DNA from: Squalus acanthias
Lineage: Eukaryota
Reading direction: 5' to 3'
DNA length: 64,000 nucleotides
NCBI GenBank assembly: GCA_030390025.1
Contig: CM059443.1
Location: 23,622,001 to 23,686,000 of the forward strand
Shown: in pieces, positions 15,101 through 30,100 of the stretch
Layout: every line of letters starts with the position of its first letter
How positions within the stretch are numbered: position 1 is the first letter of the stretch
Notes under the pieces: generated by a model
Databases searched by the model: none
Seen by the model: the letters and a program-made list of their open reading frames with translations, nothing else
What the model was told of the DNA's origin: nothing
Program-made: the position numbers and the translations under genes

Positions 15101-18100
15101 ATGTTTCCCAATAGTAGTAAGCCTGAGGATAATAGAATTCAGCAAAGCATAACCAATACATTGATAAAGAAAAAGAGAATGAGAGTAAACTAGCAAAAGA
15201 CATGAAAACAGATTGTAAAAGCTTCTATAGATGTGTAAAAAGGAAAAAGATTAGCGAAAGTAAACGTGGTCCCTTGGAGGCAGAGACAGGTGAAATTACA
15301 ATGGGGAATAAGGAAATGGCAGAGACATTAAACATACTTTGTATCTGTCTTCGGTAGAAGACACGCAACATTCTGGAAATAATGGATAACCAAGGCGAGA
15401 ATGAGGAAGATTAGTATTAGTAAAGAAATAGTACTGGACTATAAGTCAACAAATCCCCTGAACCTGATGGCCTACATCCTAGGGTTGTAAGAGGTAGCTA
15501 CAGAGATAATGGATGCATTGGTTTTGATCTTCCAGAATGCCCTAGATTCTAGAACGGTCCCCGTGTATTGGAAGGTTGCAAACGTAACCCCGCTATTCAA
15601 GAAAGGAGGAAGAGAAAACGGGGAACTATAGACCAGTTAGCCTGACATCAGTAGTAGGGAAAATGCGAGAATCTATTATTAGGGATGTGGTAACAGGGCA
15701 CTTAGAAAATCATATGATTGGGCAGAGTCAACATGGATTTGAGGGAAATTGTGTTTGAAAAATCTGAGTTTTTTGAGGTTGTAACTAGCAGGGTAGATAA
15801 GGGGGAACTAGTGGATGTATTTGTTTTTCCAGAAGCATTCGATAAGATGCCACACAAGAAGTTATTGCACCAAATTAGGGCTCATGGGATTGGGGGTAAT
15901 ATATTAGCATGGATTGAGGGTTGGTTTGCGGACAGAAAACAGAGGGTGGGAATAAACGGGTCATTATTGGATTGGCAGGCTGGAACTAGTGGGATACCGC
16001 ATGGATCAGTGCTTGGGCCTCAGCTATTTATAATCTATATCAATGACTTTGATGAGGGGATATGAGTGTAATGCACCAAGTTTGCTGACTATACAAAATT
16101 AGGTGGGAAAGTAAGCTGTGAGGAGGCTGCAAAGGGATATAGACAGATTAAGTGAGTGGGTAAGAACATGGCAGATGGAATATAATGTGGAGAAGTGAGA
16201 AGCTATCCACTTTGGTAGAAAAAATAGAAAAGTAGTATTTTTTAAATGGTGAGACTGGGAAATGTTGGTATTCAGAGGGACCTGGGTGTCCTTGTACACG
16301 AGTCACATTGTTAACATTACAGTTACAGCAAGCAATTAGGAAAGCAAATGGTATGTTAGCCTTTATTACAAAGGGATTGGAGTATAAGAGTCAAGAAGTC
16401 TTACTATAATTATATAGGGCCTTGGTGAGACCACACCCTGGAGTACTGTATACAGTTTTGATCTCCTTACCTAAGGAAGGAAAAACCTGCCTTGGAGGGT
16501 TCACCAGACCAATTCCTGAGTTGAGGGGATTGTCCTATGATGAGTGATTGAGTAGACTAGGTCTATATTCCCTAGAGTTTAGAAGAATGAGAGGTGATCT
16601 CATTGAAACATATAAAATTCTTAAGGGGCTTGACAGGGTAGATGCTGGGAGGATGTTTCCTCTCGCTGGGGAGTTTAGAACTAGGGGTCACAGTCTCAGA
16701 ATAAGGGGTTGGCCATTTAGGACTGAGATGAGAAATTTCTTCACTGAAAGGGTTTTTCATCTTTGGAATTCTCTACCTCAGAGGGCTGTGGATGCTCAGT
16801 CGTTGAGTATATTCAAGACAGATTTTTGGATACTAGGGGAATCGAGGGATATGGGGGTAGTGTGGGAAGGTGGAGTTGAGGTAAAAGATCAGCCATGAAG
16901 TTATTAAATGGCAAGCAGGCTCGAAGGGCTGAATTGCCTGCTCCTGCTCCTTTTCTTATGCTCTTGTCTAACTTCTGTCTTCACATTCTTCTAAAAAGAA
17001 AACATCAACCCTTAATCCCTCTGCCCTATCCAGCTATACCCTATCCCCAATCTCTCCTCCTTCGCAAATCTTGGAATGCATCGTTGCCAGCCCACTCAGT
17101 AAACTTCATTCCCATCAATCTGAAGTCCACCCTACCCACAACACTGAGACTGCCCTGGTCAAGGACACCAATGACATTCTTTGTCACTAAGCATCAGTGG
17201 TAAATCTCGATCTTTCAAATCGATCATTCAATCCTCTCCACCATCTCTACTTTATGGTCTACTTCTATGGCACTTCACTCCTTTTCTTATCTATATCTTA
17301 CCCTTGGAAACATCATTTGGAGGCATGGGGCAACTGTCCTATGTGTGCTGACAACACTTGGCTTTACTTCTCTGCTGCTGCTGTGGACTCCTCAACCACC
17401 AATGTATGTGGAACTGCCTAGCAATTATCAAGTCCAAAATAAGCAAGGATTTCTTTCAACTTTGCACTGACAAGCCCAAAGCCATCTTGTTCAGCTCTTG
17501 CCTAAAACACCACACCTTGCCACCTGATTTGTTAATTTTCTCTGGGCATTCCTTCAGACCAATCCCCATGGTGTTTAATCTTGGTGTCCTGTTTGACCTT
17601 GAACTGAGTTCCAATCCCCAAATCCTTGCCACCACCAAGACTGCCTATTTCCACCTCTGCAACATGTCTACCTCTGCCCCTACCTCAGCATGCATTACCT
17701 CCAGTCTGGATTATTCTAATGCTCTCCTTGTCAGAGTTTTGCCCTTTCTCAAATTGCAACTTGTACAAAAGTCCTGCACTAAGTCACATTTCCTTCTGCT
17801 CTTCAAACTTCATTGCCATAGGCAGATAGGGAGCCAATTTCTAAATCCTTCTCGCCTACAAATCCCTCCAAAGCCTTCCCTCTTCCGATCTCTGCAGCGT
17901 CATTCAGCCCTATGTTTGTCTCCAAACCTTCTGCTGTTCCAACACTGACCTCTCCTGTCGTCGCCTTTTTTAATCACTCCATTACACTTTCAGGTGCAGA
18001 GCATTAAGCACCAGACCCCACCACCTCCCTTGTGCTCTCCCCTCTGTCCAAACCAACTTCTTCGATCTTGCTTTTGGTCACCACCCCAATCCTCTCCCAC

Positions 18101-21100
18101 CAATTCTTGATTCTGATTGTTTTCACCTCTGTAAATTACTTTTGAGATATTTTATTATGGTGAAGGTACTACATAATAAGTGTGAATTGTCTTTTGGAAA
18201 TCCACTTTGACAGAAAAGGTAATTGACATGTCTCAATGTTAGGCCCTTAACCCCAGATGTGTATGTTCTTCTTAAATTGCTGTTTTAGATCCAGTGCTAG
18301 CATATGCAGAATCTATATATTTTTTTCAAAAACCTGTGATCAGTCTGAAGAAAGTGCTACCAGTACGATAAAGTAAACTGCCAGAAGTGGGGATAAGATT
18401 TTAGTGTCACTGGAGTACATCTGTTTACTTTTGTACCTTATCAAGTTATTTACTCATGTGATTTTATTTATATTTTTAGGTTGAATTTCTGAAGAAAAAT
18501 GCACCTTACATTGCCTGTCTGTTCCTTTGTGATCTATGTTACTGCTGAAACTCTCATCTGAGTGTTTGTCTTCTCCAAAGCTTTTCTTGCCAGCCTCCTG
18601 AGCTCCACTCCACTTAAATTCCAACTGATCCCAAACTATATTACACACTTTTATTCCACGCTGAGTCCAGCTCACCTATCATCCCAGTCCTCACTAACCT
18701 TTATTTGGTTCTCCATCCCTCTGCATTGACTTCAAAATCCTCATCCCCATTTAAAATTCCCACCATCGCATTGCCCAACCCTACATCCAAGTTCACACCA
18801 TCATCTTCCAAGTCTAGCCTATTGTGCATCACCCCCTACCTTGCTGCACTGTTGGTTGCATATCTTTATCCATCGCAGCATACCATGTGGAATTGTCTTC
18901 CTAAACCCCTCTGCCTGGCTGCATCTTTTCTCCCACCATAAAAAGTTTCTTTAAAAACTCACTCTTCAAACAAGTCCTCCTTATCATTCTTAACTGTTTT
19001 AACACTGCTTGGTGTTTGTTCCCCTCCCCTTTTGTTTTGTGTCTTGGGTGATATACATGTGCATAAGAACGTGTATGTATTAGATTAAGTTCTTAATATT
19101 CAAAGTACTTTGCCTCTTCTGCGTTTCCTTCTCGTGTGTATATATGCCTTGTTACATGAATATGTATTTATTTTATAATGACCTTGTGGGAAAGCAGGCA
19201 GTAGTTTTCCCCCCCCCCCCCCCCAATTTTCCTCCAGACTACTTTGCTGTGATCAACCACTTGCTGTCTGGGGAATTGTAGGTCTTCGAAACTTTAAGCC
19301 AATGTGAAGTTTCAAATGAAATGTAATTTGTGATTTATATAATTTGTTTCCATCCTAGCGGCGAGAAGTAAGAAAACAAGAACAGGCAAACAATCCATTT
19401 TACATCAAAAGTTCTCCGTCTCCTCAGAAGGTGAGTTGACCACATGTAATTTTATGCCTGTTTCTTGTTGCATTTTCTCCTTTCAGTATTGTGACTACGA
19501 TGTATCTTCATCTCTTCGTTGGGCGGGTATGTGGAGAAGGGAACGCCTTCTTTAAATTTAGACTGGACACGCTGTATGTGGCTTGCCCAAGTGTTTGAGT
19601 TACCTGACCAGAAAAAAGTGTGACAAGGGAGCAAGTAGATAAAATGAGTGGCTTCCCGGAATAAGACACAAGTGTAAGCCTAAGCCATGTAGCTTGGAAG
19701 GCTCAAAGATTCCTTGTCTGCATTGTGTTGGCTCATCTCATATAAAGCAGCATTTGGGGTGTCACATTTGACATTGGTGTCCTTGAGCTGAAAAAGGGTA
19801 GAAATCAGCAAGGATTTCCACCCCAATTGCTGTTCAATAACTGGATAGAAAATGCATAAATATGGATGTTGGCTATGAACAGGATTGGACTTGTGTCTCC
19901 CATAACGGCTGACATCCACAGCTGCTGGCAGTTACTACCTGGCCTCGTATATGAAGAATAGGAACTTGGGTAAGGGGCTGTAGGGTTGCCAATGCCTGTG
20001 GGGCCATTCCTCAACGTGGGTCAATGCCTATAGGAGGAAAGGGGTGAAAATTGGAAAGGGGAACAGCCAAAATAGTAAATGTAAACATTTGCGTTAGTCC
20101 TGTAGAATAATGTTTGAAAGATGTTTTCAACAATAACTTTATAAAGTGAAGATGCATGTTTTAGCTATTGGAAATAAATTCAAAATCACAACAGATAAAG
20201 ATGTCAAGTGTGCTTTAATTAGAATACCTGTTCTTGGAGCAGTTCCAGAGTTATAACCACACACAGGCTAAAGTGAGAGATGTATTACATTTGATAGGCA
20301 TGTGAAGCTTTTCCATTTATACCAATATTTTAAAAGGCAGCAACTCAGTGTAAACCATGAATATGAGAACGATACCGATTGATTAATTTGATGAGCAGCC
20401 ACTATTTCGTTTGATTTCAGAATTACCAGGATGCCAGTGGTGTGGAACACATACCTGTGGTGCAGATAGATCTTACAGTACCATTGAGAGTACCAGGTAA
20501 TTGATGCAACTATTACAGTTCTCTAGCTTCCATTTATTGCATGTAAAAGTAGTTGCTATCCGTTCTACTCATTGGCGATGTTTTCTGTAGCCCGAGAGAC
20601 CTAGTGAAGCTGCTTTCCCCTCGTAAGTCCAAGATTCCACAATAGCTGATCATTGAACCGACATTGCAAGTGTGATGTGTTGGCTAAATGTATTTGCCTG
20701 GGAAGAGCACTGCTGTTTTTACTCTGCCATAAGTACCATTCTGCCTGCCATGCGATGAGTAGCAACAGTGTCGGAACTTGCTGTCGCCAAGTAAAAGAAA
20801 TGTGTGCAAGATCACACAGATTCTTCGGGGGACAGCAGAGACCGGCGGTGATAGATCTGCAGCAGTTTTTGGCCAGAATATTATGTATTTTATTAATTAA
20901 CTCACCCAATCATCTGTATACTATTTGATCAGAAAGTTTCAGAGAAAATGGGTAGCTGCTGCCGAAAGCTTGGAAATGGTTACATCAGAGTTGGCAGTTT
21001 TCTGATTTGGGTAATTGTGGGCTAATTTCTCAATTCCAATTTTCTTCAGTCTTGATCACAGCTGATTTTTTTTGGTTGCATAAAATCTAGTGTCTAGGTC

Positions 21101-24100
21101 ACACCTTGATGAACTGTAAATGAGTGAGGGCATAAAAAATTGCACGTGTGATGGTGCACAAGGATTTATGCAGTTGCCCTTTTTACTGAGTTTCTCTGTA
21201 AGCAATTGTAGTATTTGTAGGTTGTTTAGATGCAGTGATCTATGTTGTATTGATGTGCACAGGAATGCCTTTGTCAGATCAGTATCTAAAACTGGAAGAA
21301 GAACGTAGGCAACAGCAGAAGCAGGATCGAGAGAAAAAGAAGAAAAAACAGAAGAAAGACAAGAAAGGCAAACGTCGTCATGATTCACTTCATACGGAAA
21401 GTGATGAAGACATTGCTCCCGTTCATCACGTTGACATTATCACAGAAGAAATGCCTGAGGTTAGTACTTAAAAGTTCTCCTTTATCACCCTGTGCTGCTT
21501 AAAGCAGATGAATTTACGTGGTTGACAATCCTGGCAGTTGATCCATTTGACAGGCGATAGAAGAATCTAATCTGTCCAGCAAGATGATGAAGTATGGACA
21601 CGGAGTAGGCTCTTAAAACTCTCACTAAAAGCAATTTGAATGCCAGTCATCTGAGTAATCAAACAAAAAGTTCACAAAATTGACATCACTCCTCTGGATG
21701 TGTCCAACGATATTACTAACATGGTTTAAGTAAATTGGCAGGGCACAGAGGGCTATTACTGGCAACCCATGATCACCCTTGATTGCGATATTACATATCT
21801 TGGGGGTCATTTTAATGCAGTCTTGAGCAAGTACTGCACCGTTCCATCTTTGGATGAGATGTTGAACCAAGGTAGCCTCTGTGCAAGCCGATATTTAAGA
21901 TTCCGTTCCACTTTTCGAAGAAGAGCAAAGAGTTCAGGTGTTCCAGCCAGCCATCCTCCTTGATCCAGCATCTTCAAAGAAATAGATTAACTGGTCATTT
22001 ATCGCATTTCTGTTTGGGGGATTTTGATGTGAGCAGATTGGCTGCCCCATCTGCCTACTTGAGTCACTGCACATCAACAAGCTTTTGTGTGAAGTACTTT
22101 GACCAACTTCTCAGGAAATGATATAGCCTTATATAAAGGCAATCTTTTTCTTTTCCTTTTTTCTCTCTCTTGCATGCTCTTGATCTCGCTCTCTTGATGT
22201 CGGTCTCTCGTCGCTATTGTTTTTTTTTTTGACGCCTTGCTTTGTCTCTTACTTTTCATGCTCTCTTGTACACAGTTAAGCACTGTCACAAGTGCTCTTT
22301 GTCATGCGCGCGCTCTCGCGCTCTCTCTGGTTACTCTTACTTTTTCTGTCATGTGCATGCGCTCTTTTTTTTCAAGTTTTATCATTCGTGTTCTCACTTT
22401 CTCTCATTCTCTCTCGTATTTTGCTGTTGCGCTTGCTCTCTCTCAACATGAATTTTGGTAATGTTTAAGAAAGCTTTTTAAAATTTCCAAAGTATTTTTC
22501 CATTGATACCAAAAATTTAGCATTTTTGGTGCTTTAACTAAGTGTTTTAGTTTCTAAGTCAGCATGTATAAAATGGTGTGAATTCTATAGACCGGAAGGC
22601 TGTAGAGGTACTGGATAAATACAGTAGGCATATACTGAACTGTTCAAATGCTTTGTTAAAGTCAATAAATATTATCCATCACTTCCTCTTTCATTCTATT
22701 AATGTACTCAAAAGTATTCCCATAAATTAGATTGTTTATAAATCAGTTAGGTTGAGTTTATTAACTTTATTCTTGCAGATCCCTTTCTAGCTTTCATTGT
22801 AATGGAATTTTTCACAGTGGATGCCAAATTAATGAACATGACATTTCAAGGGATATGAGGATAGTGCAGGAAAGTGGAAATGAGGTCGAAGATCAGCCAT
22901 GATCTTATTGAATGGCGGAGCAGGCTTGAAGGGCCGTATGGCCTACTCCTGCTCGTACTTATGTTCTTATGTAAATTAATTCATGTTATTGCTCTAACAT
23001 GGTATTTGGCTGGACCCCAAGTAGTACACTGGTACTTCATATTGAGGTGCAATGAATAGTGGGGGAAATTCCAGTGACAAATAATTGCAGTGAAGGGTTA
23101 AGTGTTGTACTTTTTTAAAATCCCTATTGATAATCCATCTACTGCAATGCTTTCTTCATCTCTAGCAGAAGGTAACTCTTAATGCTACAAGTTCACACTG
23201 AACTTTAAACACCACAGTATGGTATTCAATGTTTTTGGGTTTTGTTTAGAATGCCTTGCCTAGTGATGATGATGATAAAGATCCAAATGATCCATACAAA
23301 GCACTGGACATTGATTTGGATAAGTAAGTATACGTTTGTTATTTGTCAGTATTGTCACAAAGCCAAGAAACTACTGTTTTTGAAACAATTAGCATTTATT
23401 TTGTTTGCAGCTGACATTTATACAAATTGCTTAAAGCCAATTATTAGTGGTTGTGGTAAATGTTCAGGTGATTTATAAACCAGTGCTGTACGAGTATGAT
23501 CATAAATGGGTCATTCTCAAGTACTGGGGGCTCACTGCCATATAATTTGCATGAGTGTAAGTACATTTTGCATGTTGATGTTTAATCACATTTTTCGTGC
23601 ATTGTAATTAATAAATTAACCCAGTATTTTTTTCGCAGATAATTTGAGTCTTTTCCCCTTACGTTTGCACATTTGTAAACAACAATTATTGGACTTTGCT
23701 CTTTCATTCAGTTTATCAAATTTGGATGCTTTAGAAAAAGCTAATTTTAGACATATTCTCCCATTTTTTTGGATGGCTTCTGCCCCTCTTTAGATCTAGT
23801 TCTCTCTTTCTCTTCCTTTCCTTGCCATTTTATCACTTCTAACAGAGGGGTTTGAGTGGCCAAGTTTGCATCCTGGAGCTGGCTGTCTGGTCTGCCATTA
23901 AATGAGCCACGTGAGCCGACTCTCTATTTTCGTTTGCTTCTTCTTATCTCCCCATCTATTTAAACCCTTGCTCGGCATCTCCCCAGACAGTCCAGTCAAG
24001 ATCAAATGTTTGCCATATGGGAAATTGCAAAGCGCACAAACCGCATTCAGTGACATACACTCAATAAAATCTTTCAATATAGGTATCAGTTCAAACAGGT

Positions 24101-27100
24101 TGACAAGTCATTTTAAATTGACGTAATGTTGCATATGTAAACTAGATCTAATTATGACCAACTGAACTTGAAATACTTAAAGATGTGTGGATGCATTTTA
24201 AACTATATTTAATATCAAATGCATTACTGTACTTTTGAACAGGAGTTGGGTTTACATGAATGCACATACAGAATTTGACACAGACACTAAGATTCCTTCC
24301 CCCCCCCCCCCCAATCTTAATGTAAAATCACAATTGTAACATTATTGCACCTCTGGCCATACGGCCTTTCTTCATGATAACTATTCTGATTCTAGATGTA
24401 ACTACAGTAATAGCAAAATGTGTTACGGTAACACAGCAATTTTTAACATCAATGCTTAGTTAGTTTTATAATTGCTCCAAAATGAATATCACTAATTTAT
24501 GGCTGTTTAATGAGTTCTGTGACTATCTCTTTTTCTCTCTTTCTTTCTCTCTCTCTCTCTCCATACTTAATACGCCACTCCATTTTTTTCCTGTCATTCT
24601 TTCTCTCTCATTCTTTCTACTGCTCGCACAACCATCATCATCTTTGTGTCCCAACAAAAGTCTAAATCCTATGAAAAAAGGAAGGTATGTAAAATGTAAC
24701 ATTTTGTGTTTTTAAACTTTGATCTTTCATCAGTCAATTTGACTTGGAGATGAGTTGGAGTGTTTTTAAAGATTTATCCCTTTGATATCTACCCAGTACA
24801 TTTTTTATATGGTAAAAATGGCTTTGTTTGTTAAAGCTGAATATTGACAAATGCAATAAAATTTCAGGCTATTCAAAATTTTCCTTGAGTATTCAAATTT
24901 GCAATTTCAGTCATCAAAGGGTTAAACCCAGATGTGGTGTGGGCATGATGCCGTATAGTTATTGATGTTCAGTTAAAATTTTATCAGTGAGTTACATTAG
25001 AAAGCTGTGAAAAGATTGAAATTCTTATACTTCTCTAACTTGTTTTTTTTTAATGCTTCCAACATCACAAAATAGGCAATTTATATTGTGCTTGTATCTA
25101 TCCATTAACTCTTCAGTTATTACTTGCCTTACAATTGTTGGGATACTTGATAAAGGGCTTTGTCTATTCCAATTCTACGTTATATGTGAAATGGGCATGC
25201 TGGTATTCTGAGTAGAGTGTTTCTCAAATACTGACTTGTTTAAGAACTAAACCTCTGCTTTCAGATTTTCTCCCAGTTTGATAAACTCTCCTCAGCATTC
25301 TGACTTCCTTTGAAATTTGTACATGCTTTGAACTATTTGTGCCTGATTATGTGTGCATTAGCAAGTTACCTGTTGCTTTCTGATCTTAACCAGCTTTCTC
25401 ATGTTCTGAAGTTTCCCCAAGAAAACTGGCCATTCATTACATTACAATACTTGTCAGTAATTTTGAAATGCTTTAGCCCTCTTTTCTCTCTCCCCGCCTC
25501 CCCCCCCCCCCCCCCCCCCCCCCAAAAAAATCCTCTAGTGCTTTGGTAATAATAACTACACTCAAGCACTAGTGTTCCCTTTTTAATTATACAATGATGT
25601 TTCAAATTGTGCAAATAGATTTTAAATTGCCTGATTTGTGTTTTGGATTGTTCTTGGAAGTGGTCTTGTTGGAAAACTGTATTGGCTAGGAAAACATTTA
25701 ATTCTCACTGTCAAAGTTACATACATTGGCCAAACTTGATCAGTAACATGTTTTCAAAAGGTTCAAGCTTTCTTCCAAATGCGGATGTGCTGAGAATTGT
25801 CTATCAAATTGTTTTGCAAATATTACCGTGGATTTTCCTACTTGCATGACAATGAGTTGTGGTCACCTTAACACACCTGGTTTGTTCTGTGAATGAATTG
25901 TAGAAACTTTTTTTTTAATGTTAGTTTGGTGAAACTAAAATTATGGAGCAGTGAGTGGAAATCCAAACTTTTTGCACATCTGTATCATAATTTTATTAAA
26001 CTAATAGCCACTTAATTATAAAACTTTATTTCTATGCAATTTTAAAGGCCTTTGACAGATAATGAAAAACTGCCTGTGAGGACACACCGAGTAACTGAAA
26101 AGAAGTCACCAGAAGTTGAAGCTGCCCCAGTAGAGGAAAAAAGCAAAAAACCTAAGAAGGCAAAGAAAGAAAAGGACAAAAAGAAGGATAAAGAGAAAAG
26201 GGTAAACTAAACTGTTCTGAATTCGGAGTAGTTTATTGAACTCTGTTGGTCCCTGCAGCTGTTGAGGGTGACTTAATCGAGAACAAATCAGACTGTTGCC
26301 AGTCGTGATATCTAAATGGTGCATCTCTATTGGATGGCATTGCACAGTAGGCTAACCAGATATTCTCTGAACCTCGGGAATCCAGTTCAGATCCAGGCTG
26401 GACTAATTGCTGCAAATATGGCAGTAAAATACATCAAAACTAGTTCAAATTGAGTACAAAACTACAACATGAACTTAACTATGATTCAGATCTTAATTAC
26501 GACTAACTGTCCATCTGGCTCTCGATGGCTGGAATAGTTAATGTACAAGGGCAACACGGTGGCATAGTGGTTAGCACTGTTGCCTCACAGCGCCAGGGAC
26601 CCGGGTTCGAATCCGGCCACAGGTGACTGTGGAGTTTGCAAATTCTCCCCGTGTCTGCGTGGGTTTCCTCCCGGGTGCTCCGGTTTCCTCCCACAGTCCA
26701 AAGATGTGCGGGTTAGGTTAATTTGGCTATGATAAATTGACCCTTAGTGTTAGGGGGGATTAAATATGTGGGGTTACGGGGATAGGGTGGGATATGTGTC
26801 AGTGCAGGCTCGATGGGCCGAAATGGACTCTATCTGCACTGTGGGGATTCTGTGAAGTTAATGTTGGTGTGGTGGGGATGCTTGTTTGAGGTTCAGGCAC
26901 ATTGTTGGAGGAGAGCAGAAGGGAAGAGCTTTACACGGCACCTAGTCTGTGTTCATGGTTTGAAAATGTTAGATGCTGATAAATGTGAAAGTCAACAAAA
27001 TTACAGCTTTTCTCCTGTGCTGCAACTAGCATTTTACACGATGTTCCAGCATAAAATGACAGTCTTACAATTATTACACCGTGTAATTATTTACTGTCGA

Positions 27101-30100
27101 CACTCCGGATGTTAATTCTAGCGGTGTATCGTTTCAGTTATTTCAACAGTGGTTCTGGTTCTCGGACATATAAATAAGTTATAATGGTTTTAATGGGTAT
27201 TCCTGGTTACTTGTGTTACAGTAGTGAACTAAGAGCTTAATAAAGCATGAGATGCAGCGGTGTGCTTTTAAAATGCTCTCAAAGTCCCTGCTTCCTTTTA
27301 GCCATGTTGGAGAATTCATTATTGTTGATGATGAATGTTGCCATTTTTTAGAACAGTAAGATTCTACTCTTAATTCTTAGTCATTTGGCTAATTGTTACT
27401 CAACCAATGTTCCCTTTAGGCCGCGCAGCGCCCTGGAGTTCCTGTACAGCCGGCTCACCGGCTTTTAAATGGGAAAAACCGTGCATGCGCGGTATTTTGA
27501 ATGGGCCGCGCACCCAAAAAAAATTAAAGGGAACATTGTACTCAACAACCATAACTTGCATTTATATAGTGCCTTTAACGTAGTCAAACATCCTAAGGTG
27601 CTTCACAGGAGTTCCTTTTAGGACCTTGTGTTATAGGAATGTGTTGCTGTTTAAGAACTTCTCGCCCTTGTCATTTCTCTTCCTGAAAGCTTGGTGCATC
27701 TTTTTCTTTGTGTTGGTTTGGTAAAAGTTGTTGCACAACTTGTCATAATTAATTGGAAACACACGCAGTAGGTATTGGTTAATTCTCTAAGTGCTAAAAT
27801 TTACTGTAACCGTCCTAGTCATGCCCTGGTTAAGTGTAAGTATTTTTAGATTTTAAAAAATACATGACCAGGATATATTTACCACCTGGAAATAGTTTTA
27901 CAGCAAATCACCAACTCTTGTTGAATATTTAGGTCTGACTCTGTAGCAGTGTAGCTTTCCAATTCAAACAGCAGGGAAGGTAGGCCGGACTGCTCCCCCC
28001 CTGCAGGAGCACACTTCCTGTTGATAAGGTGAAGTTGTGTTGGCAGCCCTGGCCTGCTGGCTGGGAAGAATTCAGTTATATTGTTCACAAATGTGATTAA
28101 TGCTTTGTTTCTGTTCTCTTGGCACAGAAAAGTAGAGAGAAAGTTAGCAAAAAACACAAGAAGTCTTACGAAAATGCAGAGAATGAACATGCTGCACCGA
28201 AAGAAGAAATGATTACACCGACATCCAAAGAGGAAGCAAATGAAAAACCCACAGGAGAGGTGAGTACTGTGCTGTACATTTCACAAAAAAATAGCCTTCC
28301 TTTGAATCTGTTTTTATTAAGCAAGTAAATATTAAACATAAAAACTTCTTCCTTCATTGGATGAACTTAATTATCAGCTAGGTTTTCTATTGGAGCTCTT
28401 CCCTCTGATCCAGAAGGTTCATGTCCTACTGCAACATTTTGGCACATATACTAGGCTGACACTTCAATGCAGTACTGTTGGAGGTCCCATCTTTTGGATG
28501 AGGCATGAAATTGAAGGCTGGTCTGCTCATGCAGGTGGTTGTAAAAGTTACCCTGGCAGTATATGAATCCTTCAGCCTGACAACCCTCAACTCTTCGTTC
28601 CTCCAATTCTGTCCTCTTGTGCATTACCTCTCCTCCTTATCCCACCATTGGCTGCCGTGCCTTCAGTTGTCGAGGCTCTGTGCTCTGGAATTCCCTGCCT
28701 AAACCTCTTCAACTCGCTCTCCTTCGTTAAGACCCTCTGTAAAACCCACATCTTTGAACAACCTATTAGGCAGAGAGGTATAGGGAGAGAATTCCCAAGT
28801 GTAGGACCTAGGTGGCTTTAGGCACGGCTGCCAATGATGGGGCAAATGGAGAGGAGAGGCACGAGGCCAGAGTCAGGAACGGAGAGTTTGGGGAGTGGTA
28901 TGTGGTTCTGGTGGAGTTTGCGGAGAATACAAAAAGGCCCCTGAAAGAATGCAAAGAGAATGAGAATTTAAAATTTGAGGCATTGGGGGACCTGGAGCCA
29001 GTGATCTGCAAGGGCCGTAGTGATGGGTAAGTGGGACCCAGTGCAGGATACCGGCAGCAGAGCATTGGATGAGCTAAAGTTGACACAAGTTTGAGGATGG
29101 GAGGCTGGCCAGGAGAGAATTGGAATGGTTGAGTGTGGAAGTAACAAAGGCATACATGAGGGTTTCAGCAGCAGATGGGCTGAGGTAGGGCTAGAGCCAG
29201 GTGGTGATATGGAGGTAGAAGTAGGCAGTCAGTGTAATGGAGAGGATATGGAGTCGAAAATTCAGCTCTGGTCTTATAGGAGCCGATGTTGCGAACAGTC
29301 TGCTCCAGCCTGAGACAGATGCTTTGGAAGGGGATGAAATCAGCGGTGAAGGTACGGAGTTTGTGGCGGGGGTCAAAGACTATGGCTTCGGTCACCAATG
29401 TTTAGCTGGTGGAAATTGCAAGACTAGATGTCTGGCAAGAAGTCTCTCAAATCAGAGGTTAGAGAAGTGGTGGTGGAAAGGGAGAGCTGGGTGTCGTTAG
29501 TGTACATGTGTAAGCTGACCCCATGTCTGTAATGTCTCTAAGGGGCAGCATTTACATGAGGAAGTGGAGAGGGTTAAGGATAGATCCTCGGGCAACTCCA
29601 GAGGTAATGATGCGGAAAGAAAAAAGCCGTTGCTGGAGATGCTCTGGCTACGATTAGATAGTGCCCCGCTATGTTTGTCTTTTGTGTTCTCTACATCTAT
29701 CTATGTAACTTTTAATCTATGTTCCAAATGAGAAATCTTGATTACAATCTTGCTGGAATTTTTTTCTGCTTTTTCCTGTTAAGGGATCAGATTTGGACTT
29801 CTGGCTGTCTAATGATCCAGTACAAAGCAAATCACAGGTCAGTATACTTGGGTTCTATTCACCCATTAACCAGCTATTCATTTTAGATCGTGCTCCCTAA
29901 GCTGGATGGTTTGCAAAGGATTCCATGTAGCTTACGACAAATTTCTCAAACATAGGTAGCTAGTTCTTATTTATATTAGTTTTCAGACTGGAAATATATA
30001 GTGTGTGGGGTCTGTATTGATTTGTTATACAAAAATAATTTGAAGATCTTGAGAGAACAAGAATGTCAACTTGCCTATTTCTTGTATTTTTTGAAATATG

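Noticed and set aside
17358-17948. 196-aa ORF and other 60-180 aa ORFs in the track
   Set aside because: Explained by decayed L2/CR1/PLE sequence, antisense frames of exons, or chance
26549-26620. tRNA-like sequence with A and B boxes
   Set aside because: It is the head of an HE1/V-SINE, not a tRNA gene
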